Source: Candidatus Marinacidobacterales bacterium
Lineage (GTDB): Bacteria; Acidobacteriota; Vicinamibacteria; Marinacidobacterales; SMYC01
Length of the DNA: 64,000 nt
Direction: 5' to 3'
NCBI GenBank assembly: GCA_965237955.1
Contig: OZ250169.1
Location: 1,632,001-1,696,000, forward strand
The notes under the pieces are model-generated. The model worked only from the letters and a program-made list of their open reading frames with translations. It did not search any database and was not told where the DNA came from. This document shows positions 1-8,976 of the stretch, piece after piece (positions within the stretch are counted from its first letter, which is position 1; the number at the start of each line of letters is the position of its first letter). The translations under genes were made by a program, and so were the position numbers.

Positions 1-1439
1 GCGACGATTACCGGGACAAAGTCTTGTCGGCCAACGCGTACTTCGGCGCGATGCCGGTCGTCGAAGCTTTGAAAGAAGACCCCGACATCGTTTTGTCGGG
101 TCGTGTGACCGATACCGGCATCACCCTCGCTGCGCTCATCCACGAGTTCGACTGGAGTGCCGACGACTATGACCGTCTCGCGCAAGGCATCGTCGCCTCG
201 CATCTCATCGAGTGCGGCGCTCAGGCGAGTGGAGGGAACTTCACCGATTGGAAAAAAGTAACCAGCTACATCGACGTGGGTTTTCCCATCGTGGAGTTCG
301 AGCCGGACGGCACGTTCGTTTTGACGAAGCATCCCGGCTCGGGCGGGCTGGTGTCGCTCCAGACTGTGCGCGAGCAGTTTTTATACGAGATGGGGCATCC
401 CCAGGTGTACATCACGCCCGACTGCATCGCCGATTTCACTACGATGACGCTCGAGGCCGATGGCGACAATCGCGTTCGCGTTCGAGGCGCTAAAGGTGCA
501 GCACCGACGGATCTTCTCAAGGTCAGTGCGGCGCTCGAGGACGGGTTCAAATCGGCGGGAAGTCTCATCATCTCGGGACCCGATCCACGAGCCAAGGCCG
601 AGACCTTCGCCGAGATTTTCTGGACACGACTCGGTGCTGAGCTCGAGCGCGAGGGCTTGGCCCCGTTCGAAGCCACGCACACCGAGTACATCGGCGACGA
701 CAGCACCCACCGTAGCCTCACTCCCGAGCACCACGTCACCGAGATACTGTTGCGTCTCGCAGCGCGCGATCGCGACAAACGGAAGCTCCAAATATTTCGG
801 GAGCTTCTGCCGAGTCTCATCTTGAGTGGTCCGGCCGGAGTCGCGGTGACCGGTGGCGCTCCCGCGATCTCGAACGTGGTGCGGTACTGGCCCGCTCTCA
901 TTCCGCAAGAGAATGCCCCCGCGAGTGTCGCGGTTTACGCGGACGGCGAGCTCGTCTCGTCGAAAGACGGTATCGAGTGGCCGAAGACGGGTGGCGTTTC
1001 CGAGCCGGTGAGACCGCTCGAGGATCCCTACCCGGAATCGCTCGTCGATGCGCTCGGCGGAGACGACATCACGGTGCCACTCATGGCGCTAGCACACGCC
1101 CGAAGCGGCGACAAAGGTGATACCGCGAACGTCGGGCTCATCGGACGCAGTGCCGCATGTTATGCGTGGCTCCGAGACAACGTGAGCGCCGAGCGGGTGC
1201 GCGGTTGGTTCGAAGATAGCGTTCACGGTGAGGTGCATCGCTATCTGGTGCCCAATCTCCTTGCGCTCAACTTTCTTCTCGATGAATCGCTCGGAGGCGG
1301 CGGTACAGTGAGTCTTCATACAGACGCGCAAGGCAAGACTTACGGTCAGGCACTTTTGCGGTGCCGTGTCAACGTGCCCTCTGATCTTCTCGACACTATC
1401 GCCGACGCCGACAAGCCGACGTCCTCGGAGCTTTCGTGA
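1..1439 (+). CDS. Acyclic terpene utilization AtuA-like (DUF1446) protein, 5'-truncated by window edge
   Basis: ANAYFGA, GRVTD, HLIECGAQASGGNF and C-terminal ARSGDKGD/DAQGK motifs; upstream of enoyl-CoA hydratase and biotin carboxylase. Confidence 0.85.
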   Translation, partial: DDYRDKVLSANAYFGAMPVVEALKEDPDIVLSGRVTDTGITLAALIHEFDWSADDYDRLAQGIVASHLIECGAQASGGNFTDWKKVTSYIDVGFPIVEFEPDGTFVLTKHPGSGGLVSLQTVREQFLYEMGHPQVYITPDCIADFTTMTLEADGDNRVRVRGAKGAAPTDLLKVSAALEDGFKSAGSLIISGPDPRAKAETFAEIFWTRLGAELEREGLAPFEATHTEYIGDDSTHRSLTPEHHVTEILLRLAARDRDKRKLQIFRELLPSLILSGPAGVAVTGGAPAISNVVRYWPALIPQENAPASVAVYADGELVSSKDGIEWPKTGGVSEPVRPLEDPYPESLVDALGGDDITVPLMALAHARSGDKGDTANVGLIGRSAACYAWLRDNVSAERVRGWFEDSVHGEVHRYLVPNLLALNFLLDESLGGGGTVSLHTDAQGKTYGQALLRCRVNVPSDLLDTIADADKPTSSELS

Positions 1440-2293
1440 GAGATTTTCCCGTCGAGCGCGTGGTCACGAATGCCACGACGTTGCGCGTCGAATCACTGTC
1501 GTTGGGCGTGAAGCGGATCGTCTTCGCGCGGCCGGACGTACGCAACGCGTTCGACGAAACCATGATTGCCGAGCTTCGCGACGTACTCGACCACCTCGCC
1601 GGTATCCCTGATCCGCTGCAAATGCGTCTTCTTCTCCTGGAAGGTGAAGGGAAAGTCTTCAGCGCCGGCGCCGATCTCGGTTACATGAAGCGAGTCGCCG
1701 CGGGGAGCGAGGCGGAAAGCTTCGAGGATGCAAAAACACTCGCGCGGATGTTTTACGCGCTCGCGGATTTTCCCGCGCCGGTGATAGCGGTGGTCCAAGG
1801 CGCCGCCATCGGTGGCGGGCTCGGCCTCTCCGTGTGCGCCGACTATGTGCTTGCGGACGAGCAATCGGTGTTCGCTACCTCCGAAGTGTTGCTCGGCATC
1901 GTTCCCGGTGTCATCAGCCCCTACATCATTCGCAAGATTGGCTTGTCTCGCGCGGCGCCGATGATGCTCACCGGTCGCCGAGTCGTCGCCGATGAAGCGA
2001 AAGATATGGGGCTCGTTCAGAGAATTACGCTGCCGTCGGACCGAACGGCCGTGCTTCAGAACGTGGTCCTCGACTTCCTCGCGGCAGGGCCCGAAGCCGC
2101 GCGGCGTACCAAGGCGCTGTTGAAGCAAGCGTCACCGCTTCCTGGTCCCGAGCTCATCGAATTCACCGCGCGCCAAATCGCGGAAGCGCGCTCGTCTCCA
2201 GAAGGCAAGATGGGACTCGAGGCGTTTTTCAGCAAGGCTCCTCCCGCGTGGGCCGCTCGCGTCACACTGCTTCGAAAAAAGCAGGTCACTTGA
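1436..2293 (+). CDS. Enoyl-CoA hydratase family protein (methylglutaconyl-CoA hydratase-like, LiuC/AtuE type)
   Basis: RPDVRNAF, FSAGADL, AIGGGLGL crotonase motifs; GTGA overlap with previous gene. Confidence 0.85.
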   Translation: MRDFPVERVVTNATTLRVESLSLGVKRIVFARPDVRNAFDETMIAELRDVLDHLAGIPDPLQMRLLLLEGEGKVFSAGADLGYMKRVAAGSEAESFEDAKTLARMFYALADFPAPVIAVVQGAAIGGGLGLSVCADYVLADEQSVFATSEVLLGIVPGVISPYIIRKIGLSRAAPMMLTGRRVVADEAKDMGLVQRITLPSDRTAVLQNVVLDFLAAGPEAARRTKALLKQASPLPGPELIEFTARQIAEARSSPEGKMGLEAFFSKAPPAWAARVTLLRKKQVT

Positions 2294-4170
2294 AGAAACT
2301 CGTCATCGCGAATCGAGGGGAGATTGCGCGCCGCATCCTGCGCTCCGCGCGGGAGCGCGGCTACCTCGTCGCGGTGATCTCGACTGCCGAAGACGCGGAC
2401 GCCCTCGTCCGCTCCGAAGCGGACACGGTGCTCGAAGTGTCGAGCTTTCTCGATGCCAAAGCGATCGTGCGTGCTGCCAGGAAGTGGGACGCCGATTTGT
2501 TGCACCCCGGCTACGGGTTCTTGTCGGAGAATACCGATTTCGCTCGACAAGTGGAATCCGCCGGCATGCGGTTCGTCGGCCCGACGCCGGAAGCGATGGA
2601 GCGTCTCGGCAACAAGGAGAGCGCGAAAAAGATCGCGGAAGCGAACCGCGTGCCGACGCTAGCGTCGGTACGGTTCGACGAAATCGACGACATCGCGGAC
2701 AAAGGAATCGAACCGCCGTACTTGGTGAAGGCCGCCGGCGGTGGTGGAGGTCGCGGGATGCGCGTCGTCGAGACCGCCGAAGGGCTACCCGCCGCGCTCG
2801 AGCGGGCGGCGGAAGAAGCCAAGGCCGGCTTCGGTGATCCGACGGTGTTCATCGAACGTTTCCTCGCCGAGCCGCGTCACATCGAGATCCAAGTCGTCGG
2901 CGACGGTAAAGGCGGAGGTGTGGCTCTCGGCGAGCGCGAGTGCTCGATGCAACGGCGCTATCAGAAAGTGATCGAAGAAGCGCCGAGTCCGGTCGTCGAC
3001 GATGTGTTGAGGAAGAAAATGAGCGCGGCGGCGATGAAACTCGTTCGAGCGACGAACTACCGCGGCGCGGGCACGGTGGAGTTCTTGCTCGATATCGATG
3101 GCGGCTTTTACTTTCTCGAGGTGAACACCCGTCTTCAAGTCGAGCATCCGGTGACCGAAGCGGTGTACGACGTCGACCTCGTCGCCGTTCAACTCGCACT
3201 GGCCGAAGGCGAGTGGCCACAGCACCTCGATGCACTCGAGCCCAACCGATGGGCGATCGAAGCCCGGGTGCTCGCGGAAGATCCGCGATCGGACTTCTTG
3301 CCGACGCCGGGCCCGCTCATTCGCTACCGAGAGCCAAGCGGTTTGGGAATTCGTGTCGACTCCGGCGTCGCCGAAGGCAACACCGTACGAGCCGAGTTCG
3401 ACTCGATGATCGCGAAGGTCATCGCCGTCGGTGAGACGCGCTCGGAAGCGATCGAGCGTCTCGGCCCCGCGCTCGCGTCGTTCGTCGTCCATGGTGCGGT
3501 CACGAATTTGCCGTTCTTGCAAGCCGTGGTTCGCCACCCCGAGTTTCGCGACGCGTCGTTTTCGACGGCATGGATTGGCGCCAACATCGACGAGCTCAAC
3601 CGTTCGCTTCTGCCACAGGAACTAGAGGGGCGTCTTGGCACCCCGGGATTTCGCGAGCAGCTTTCGTTCGCGCTTCGCGGCGGCGCTTCCGAGACGCGTG
3701 CTGCGGCTCGCTTTCGTAGTCTAGGAAACGCCACCGCGCGCTTGGGAAGCTCTCGCGAGCACGCCGCGCTCGACGTGGAAGCCGACCCGGTGACGGGCAC
3801 CGTCGTCCTGTCGGGACCCGGCCTCGCCGAACCCATAGAAGGCGTTGCCACCGTGCTCGACCCGACCGCCATGGCGCTCACCGTGCAGGGCGAAACCCTC
3901 CGGCTCGACGATCCCCAGGCCCTCAAGCACCGCCGGGTGAAGCTCGTCGTGAGCGACGGCGAAGTGAGAGCCCCGATGGCGGGCAAGGTGCTCAAGATCC
4001 ACGTCGAGCAAGGCGCGAGCGTCGAGGAGGGTGAACTGCTCATCGTTGTGGAATCGATGAAGATGCAGCTCGAAGTCCACGCCCCCATTGCGGGTCGCGT
4101 GGAGAGCATCGAAGTAGAAGAGGGCCAAATCCTAGATGGACCGGATCTAATGGCCGTCCTGACTCCGTAG
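2290..4170 (+). CDS. Acyl-CoA carboxylase alpha subunit (biotin carboxylase + BCCP; LiuD/AtuF type)
   Basis: IANRGEIA, HPGYGFLSEN, GGGGRGMR, EVNTRLQVEHPVTE, C-terminal ESMKM biotinylation motif; TTG start at 2290 overlaps upstream stop. Confidence 0.9.
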   Translation: MKKLVIANRGEIARRILRSARERGYLVAVISTAEDADALVRSEADTVLEVSSFLDAKAIVRAARKWDADLLHPGYGFLSENTDFARQVESAGMRFVGPTPEAMERLGNKESAKKIAEANRVPTLASVRFDEIDDIADKGIEPPYLVKAAGGGGGRGMRVVETAEGLPAALERAAEEAKAGFGDPTVFIERFLAEPRHIEIQVVGDGKGGGVALGERECSMQRRYQKVIEEAPSPVVDDVLRKKMSAAAMKLVRATNYRGAGTVEFLLDIDGGFYFLEVNTRLQVEHPVTEAVYDVDLVAVQLALAEGEWPQHLDALEPNRWAIEARVLAEDPRSDFLPTPGPLIRYREPSGLGIRVDSGVAEGNTVRAEFDSMIAKVIAVGETRSEAIERLGPALASFVVHGAVTNLPFLQAVVRHPEFRDASFSTAWIGANIDELNRSLLPQELEGRLGTPGFREQLSFALRGGASETRAAARFRSLGNATARLGSSREHAALDVEADPVTGTVVLSGPGLAEPIEGVATVLDPTAMALTVQGETLRLDDPQALKHRRVKLVVSDGEVRAPMAGKVLKIHVEQGASVEEGELLIVVESMKMQLEVHAPIAGRVESIEVEEGQILDGPDLMAVLTP

Positions 4171-4203
4171 CGCTAGCCTTGCATCTCGGCTAGGAGTTGA
4201 CCC

Positions 4204-4235
4204 CGTGCCCGCGCACGGGCTCGGACACGGGCACG
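4204..4235. repeat. GC-rich inverted repeat (REP-like hairpin, possible terminator)
   Basis: CGTGCCCG...CGGGCACG arms between the carboxylase gene and the Ubl operon. Confidence 0.5.
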
Positions 4236-4257
4236 ATCTGGCAACGGAGCTGCCCTA

Positions 4258-4286
4258 TTGACACTACGCGACCCGTCCGCGAGAAT
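4258..4286 (+). promoter_or_regulatory. Putative sigma70 promoter of the ubiquitin-like operon
   Basis: TTGACA (4258-4263), 17-bp spacer, GAGAAT (4281-4286), about 55 bp upstream of the Ubl ATG. Confidence 0.55.
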
Positions 4287-4340
4287 TGAATCAATAGGGT
4301 CCTGGTTCCACAAACCTTCCGTCCTCTGGAGTCCAAGTCC

Positions 4341-4622
4341 ATGGGTGATGTCAACCTAGAAGTCTGGGATGCCACCGGTAACAAACGGGTCGAAGTCGAG
4401 GTGCCCGACGACGTTACCGTGGATCGCATCCTGCTCGTTCTCGCGGACAAGCTACACCTTCCCAAGCACAGCCCCGACGGCCAGTTGATGAGCTACAAGT
4501 TTCACCACCGGCGGCTCGGGATCCAGCTTCTCGACGACAAAACGCTCGCCGATCAGCAAGTTGCTGACGGTGACGTAGTTCGAATCCAGCCAGAGATAAC
4601 CGCTGGCGTCGTCTGGGCGTGA
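4341..4622 (+). CDS. Ubiquitin-like beta-grasp protein (EsaB/YukD-like), precursor with C-terminal extension
   Basis: 93 aa; LLDDKTLADQQVADGDVVRI resembles ubiquitin [20 protein letters not shown]; ends PEITAG-VVWA; directly upstream of E1. Confidence 0.85.
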   Translation: MGDVNLEVWDATGNKRVEVEVPDDVTVDRILLVLADKLHLPKHSPDGQLMSYKFHHRRLGIQLLDDKTLADQQVADGDVVRIQPEITAGVVWA

Positions 4623-4626
4623 AGCT

Positions 4627-5776
4627 TTGAAACTCTCGCACAGCGAGCTCGGCATTGACGGCAGGCACGAGAGCGACGACAGCGCGGGCCGCTATCACCG
4701 ACAAGAGCTCATTACCTGGTGGGATCAGAGTCGAGTGCGCTCCGCACGCGTTCTCGTCATCGGCGCCGGCGCGCTCGGAAACGAAATCCTGAAGATCCTG
4801 TCGTTGACCGGCATCGGCGAAGTGCTCGTCTATGACATGGACGTCATCGAGCAAAGCAACTTGTCCCGCGGTGTCTTGTTCCGCGATGAAGACAAAGGCT
4901 CGGCCAAAGCGACGGTCGCGGTCGAGCGCATGCGCGAGCTCAACCCCGACGTGAGCGCCCACGCGCGCGTGGAGAACTTGAACCACAAGGCCGGCCTGGG
5001 AGTGTTTCTGTGGGCCGACGTCGTGATCTGTGGACTCGACAACCGCGAAGCACGCATCTTTGCCAACAGTGCGTGCGCAGCCACGGGTCGGACCTGGGTC
5101 GACGGCGCCATCGAAGGGTTGGCTGGCATCGCCCGCGTTTTCAATCCGGCGGAAGGCGCGTGCTACGAATGCACCATGAACGAGACCGACCGGAAACTCG
5201 TGGCCGAGCGGCGTTCGTGCGCGATGCTCGCGCGGGCCATCGTCGAGTCCGGACACGTGCCGACGACCGCGGTAGCAGCATCCCTCGTCGCGGCTCTCGA
5301 AGTTCAAGAAGCGATCAAGATTCTTCATGGTCAACCCGCCATCGTCGGCGAAGGCACCACTCGGCCTTCGAAGCGACGCGATAACTTTCGAAGCGCTTGT
5401 CGAGCGAGCGGAAAAAGAGCTCGGCAATGGTGCGGTTTTGGAGCTCAGCCGCGACGTCATCGTGTCGCTCGAATGCGCCGCGTGCGGCACGCGTGAGCCG
5501 AGGTACGTTGTTCTCGGCGAGCTCGGCGAGAAAGATGCCGCGTGCCCGAAGTGCAGTGCCCACCGTATCGTCGAGTTCGCCTCGTCGGTTTCGCGCGACG
5601 GCGTCGTCGATTTGAGCCGAACGCCGCAACAAGCAGGTTTGCCGCCGTTCGACATCATCGTCGCCCGTCAAGGCCTGGACGATCAGCGCGCGTGGCTCTT
5701 CGACGGAGACGCAACCTCGGTGCTTGGACCTCTCACGGTTCCCGCGGAGATGGGAGGTGTTCTTGAACGGTCTTGA
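4627..5776 (+). CDS. ThiF/E1-like ubiquitin-activating enzyme with C-terminal Zn-ribbon domain; frame break near 5355
   Basis: GAGALG, DMDVIEQSNLSR, GLDN, CYEC, RRSC (candidate catalytic Cys) in 4627-5355; continues in another frame (ORF 5327-5776) with CAAC...CPKC and GLPPFDII. Confidence 0.85.
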
Positions 5777-7007
5777 CACGCGTGCCATCGACACCAAGGA
5801 GCTTTCGAAGGAGACGTTTCCTCACGTCCGGCACGGTTTTCGTATTTTTATCTCGGAAGACGCGTTCGATCGTGCGACCGAGCGCGGGCAGGCGGACCTG
5901 ACGCGCGAAGTGGGCGGCGTTCTCGTCGGCCGTATTCATCAGGACAAGAACGGTCCGTTCGTTAAAGTCGATGCGACCATCGACGCGCTCTACGCTGAAG
6001 AAAAGGAAACGGAGCTCACGTTCACGCAAAAGACGTGGGACTACATTCACAAAGAGCTGGAATCCAAACACAAGGGCAAGAAGATCGTCGGCTGGTACCA
6101 CACGCATCCAGGCTTCGGCATCTTCTTGTCGGATCGGGATCTCTTTATTCATCAAAGCTTCTTCAACCTTCCCTACCAAATCGCGCTCGTCTATGACCCG
6201 AAGAGCCACGAGCACGGTGTGTTCGCGTGGCGCGACAACGAGCCCGCGCGGTGTCGACAGTACTGGGTCGGGCACGAAGAAAACCTTTGGGACGGTCCCC
6301 GCATGGCGGTGGAGCCCATGGCTGCCGTCGTAAGCCCGGAGAAAGAGGACATGAGCAACAAACGGGTCGAGCTCGCGCCTTCGGAGCGCGAATGGGATTG
6401 GGCGACGTTCGCGATCACCGCGGTGGCGCTTGTGCTGATTGGTGGTCTCGCGGGTTTCTGGTTCGCGCAGTACCGGATGCGCGACGCCATTCGTGAGGCG
6501 CAAATGCGCATCGATCGGGATCGAGCGGCGGCGGCGGAAGTATTGCTTCGAGGGCTGAACGTGGAGCTCCTGAGCTTCGTGCGCGAGGCTGCTTCCGGCG
6601 GTTCCGGGCTCCGCCGGGATTTCGATGAAGGGCTCACCGCCATCGATCTCGGTGTCGTACAGCTTTCGAGGGGAGGTGACACGAAAGACGCACTCGTTCC
6701 GTTGATCGCGGGCCGGCGCAAGCTCAAAGAGCTTCGCGACGCGCATTTCGCAGCCGATCGCTCGTTGAGGCTCTTGCAGAGTCTCGGCGAGAAGACCTCT
6801 GCGATCCCGAGGGAAGTCACCCGGATGCTTTCCGATCAACGCGCCGCGCTCGGTCAGCTCTACGCGGAGGTCGCGGAGGATGTTGCCCAAGCGGGGGACA
6901 ACCGGCGTGCCCGGCGTCTTCTCCGACTCGCGGCCACACTGGATCCCGGAAACGCGCGCCGCTACGAGGACAAGCGGGCCGGATTGAAAGAGGAGGGATC
7001 ACCCTGA
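5763..7007 (+). CDS. JAB/MPN+ (JAMM) metallo-isopeptidase with transmembrane helix and helical C-terminal domain
   Basis: EVGGVLVG and GWYHTHPGFGIFLSDRD (HxH-x7-S-x2-D); hydrophobic FAITAVALVLIGGLAGFWF; GGAGG before TTG at 5763. Confidence 0.9.
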   Translation: MNGLDTRAIDTKELSKETFPHVRHGFRIFISEDAFDRATERGQADLTREVGGVLVGRIHQDKNGPFVKVDATIDALYAEEKETELTFTQKTWDYIHKELESKHKGKKIVGWYHTHPGFGIFLSDRDLFIHQSFFNLPYQIALVYDPKSHEHGVFAWRDNEPARCRQYWVGHEENLWDGPRMAVEPMAAVVSPEKEDMSNKRVELAPSEREWDWATFAITAVALVLIGGLAGFWFAQYRMRDAIREAQMRIDRDRAAAAEVLLRGLNVELLSFVREAASGGSGLRRDFDEGLTAIDLGVVQLSRGGDTKDALVPLIAGRRKLKELRDAHFAADRSLRLLQSLGEKTSAIPREVTRMLSDQRAALGQLYAEVAEDVAQAGDNRRARRLLRLAATLDPGNARRYEDKRAGLKEEGSP

Positions 7008-8383
7008 GCGAACGAGTCGTCATCCAAAGGGACGAGCTCTACGACAAGAGCGTCGACGAAGCGCTGAGAAAAGAGCGTCAGCTTCGCACCCACGTCGTTT
7101 CCCAAGAGCCTCCCGATCTGTCTCCGGTACGAAGGCTCATGATGTCGAGCCTGTTCTACCTTCCCGTCGCGGGACTTCTGGCGAGCTTCACCGCCTGGGT
7201 TTTGATCGAGCCGCACTTCGCCGACTTTTCCCTAATAGGTGGGGAAGTGCTTCTCGTGAACTCCGAGCCCTTCGAGTTCGGGGACGGCTCGGTCGATCCC
7301 GAGCTCGGCGACGCCATCAACCTCACAATAGGGGACAACAAAGTCATCGTGTTCCCCAATCTCATCTCGATGGAGCCGGGAGCTGACTCTCAGCCGCCCT
7401 TCAACGACATTTCCGAGGTCCAACCCGGAACGTATCTCGAAGCGGTGGGCGAAGTCTGGGCTGAGAACGAGATGGTCGCGGGCGCGCTTCGTCCGGCGAC
7501 GGCAACGCACGCTGGCGACACGGGTGATCAAATCGGGAGCGGCGACAACTTCGCGGGCTTGCTCCTGTTCCCCTTGACCGCGGTCTTCATCGCCGTCGCC
7601 ATGCTCGTCGCGGAAGGGGTATCGAGTCGCAACTGGGTTCGGATGATCGATCGCGTGATGATCGGGGTCTTGTTGACGGCGATCTTCTCGTTCCTCTCGT
7701 TCATCCCCGCTGCGATCATGATGACCATTGCTCAGTCCGTCATGTCGATGGACGCGTCTGCCGACTGGACCACGGTCCAGGACATGCCGGCGGTGACGTT
7801 CGTCTTATACGCCGCTTGTCGCAGCGGCGCGTGGGCCTTCATCGGCGCCGGCCTCGGGCTGGGGATGAACCTTGCCCGCAGCACCAAGAGCCAGCTACGA
7901 AACTCGGTCATCGGCGGCGCTCTCGGCGGCGTGTTCTTCGACCCCATCGATCGATTTTTTCAAGAACCGTCGGCGTTCGCGGGCGCCGAGCTGTCCCGCC
8001 TCGTCGGTTTGGTCGCGGTAGGACTGTCCGTGGGCTTTTTCGTGGCTCTCGTCGATCAGCTCGCACGTGAAGCGTGGCTGCGCGTGCGGACCGGTCCGCT
8101 CGCGGGAAAATCGTTCGTTCTCTACAAGACGCCAACGACGGTTGGAAGCTCACCGTCGGCCGACGTTTATTTGTTCAAAGATGCGGCCATTGATCCCGAT
8201 CACATCGCGATCCATCGCGTCGGCAACCGATACGAGATCGAGGACCTCGGCACCCGCTCCGGCACCCAAGTCGGCGGGCAAGCCATCAGACGACAACGCC
8301 TCAACTCCGGCGATCAAATTACGTTGGGCGCGACCGTGCTCGAGTTCGAAGAGCGCGCCAAACAATCGAGCAGCGCGGAGTGA
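7004..8383 (+). CDS. Polytopic membrane protein with C-terminal FHA domain
   Basis: Several TM segments; C-terminal TTVGSSP...IDPDHIAI...IEDLGTRSGTQVGG...LNSGDQITLG FHA pattern; frame open from CTG 7004 (GAGGAGG upstream), first ATG at 7139. Confidence 0.8.
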   Translation: MSERVVIQRDELYDKSVDEALRKERQLRTHVVSQEPPDLSPVRRLMMSSLFYLPVAGLLASFTAWVLIEPHFADFSLIGGEVLLVNSEPFEFGDGSVDPELGDAINLTIGDNKVIVFPNLISMEPGADSQPPFNDISEVQPGTYLEAVGEVWAENEMVAGALRPATATHAGDTGDQIGSGDNFAGLLLFPLTAVFIAVAMLVAEGVSSRNWVRMIDRVMIGVLLTAIFSFLSFIPAAIMMTIAQSVMSMDASADWTTVQDMPAVTFVLYAACRSGAWAFIGAGLGLGMNLARSTKSQLRNSVIGGALGGVFFDPIDRFFQEPSAFAGAELSRLVGLVAVGLSVGFFVALVDQLAREAWLRVRTGPLAGKSFVLYKTPTTVGSSPSADVYLFKDAAIDPDHIAIHRVGNRYEIEDLGTRSGTQVGGQAIRRQRLNSGDQITLGATVLEFEERAKQSSSAE

Positions 8384-8399
8384 GTCGAGGAGGAAACCC

Positions 8400-8969
8400 A
8401 TGGGCCAGACGGTAAACCGGCTCAAAACCAATCGAGTCCTCGAAGGCAAGCCGTGCGGGTGGTGCTCTAACACGCTGACGTTCGGAGAGGACGCAGCTCT
8501 TTGCGAAGGCTGCACCACCGGCCATCACGCAGCGTGTTGGGACGGAAAGGGCGGGTGTGCCTCGGCCGGCTGTGTGAACGCACCGCTGAAACAGCTCGCG
8601 CCGCAGCCGGAGCGGCCCGTGGGGCCGCCACCGGGCAAGATGAATTGTCCGAACTGCCAGCTCCAAATACCGGCGAGCTCCGTTCGGTGCGAGTACTGCA
8701 ACGTGGGCGTCACCTCCCCGGATGGAGTGTACCGGGGACCCACGCAGACGGCCCCGGGCGCGGTTGCATCGCTCGTGTTCGGGATCCTGGCGTTTTTCCT
8801 TTGCGGCATCATCTTTGGTCTCGTCGCCATCCAGAAGGCGGACGAAGCCAAGACCGCGATCGCCGCCGATCCGAGTCTTACCGGCGGCGGCATCGCGACA
8901 ACGGGGAAGGTGCTCGGGATCATTGCCCTCGTCGTTTGGGGTCTGGGCTTGATCATGCAGGCCATGTGA
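8400..8969 (+). CDS. Prokaryotic RING finger + double Zn-ribbon + DUF4190-like membrane anchor (candidate E3)
   Basis: C-x2-C-x12-C-x2-C-x4-H-x2-CW-x5-C-x4-C; CPNC...CEYC; ASLVFGILAFFLCGIIFGLVAI; GAGGAGG RBS before ATG 8400. Confidence 0.85.
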   Translation: MGQTVNRLKTNRVLEGKPCGWCSNTLTFGEDAALCEGCTTGHHAACWDGKGGCASAGCVNAPLKQLAPQPERPVGPPPGKMNCPNCQLQIPASSVRCEYCNVGVTSPDGVYRGPTQTAPGAVASLVFGILAFFLCGIIFGLVAIQKADEAKTAIAADPSLTGGGIATTGKVLGIIALVVWGLGLIMQAM

Positions 8970-8976
8970 GGATGTG

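Noticed and set aside
4341-4622. Type VII secretion YukD/EsaB component
   Set aside because: No FtsK/EssC ATPase or WXG100 genes in the window
4341-5776. ThiS/MoaD-ThiF sulfur-carrier pair for cofactor synthesis
   Set aside because: No thiamine, molybdopterin or cysteine synthesis genes adjacent; E2, RING and JAB context indicates protein conjugation
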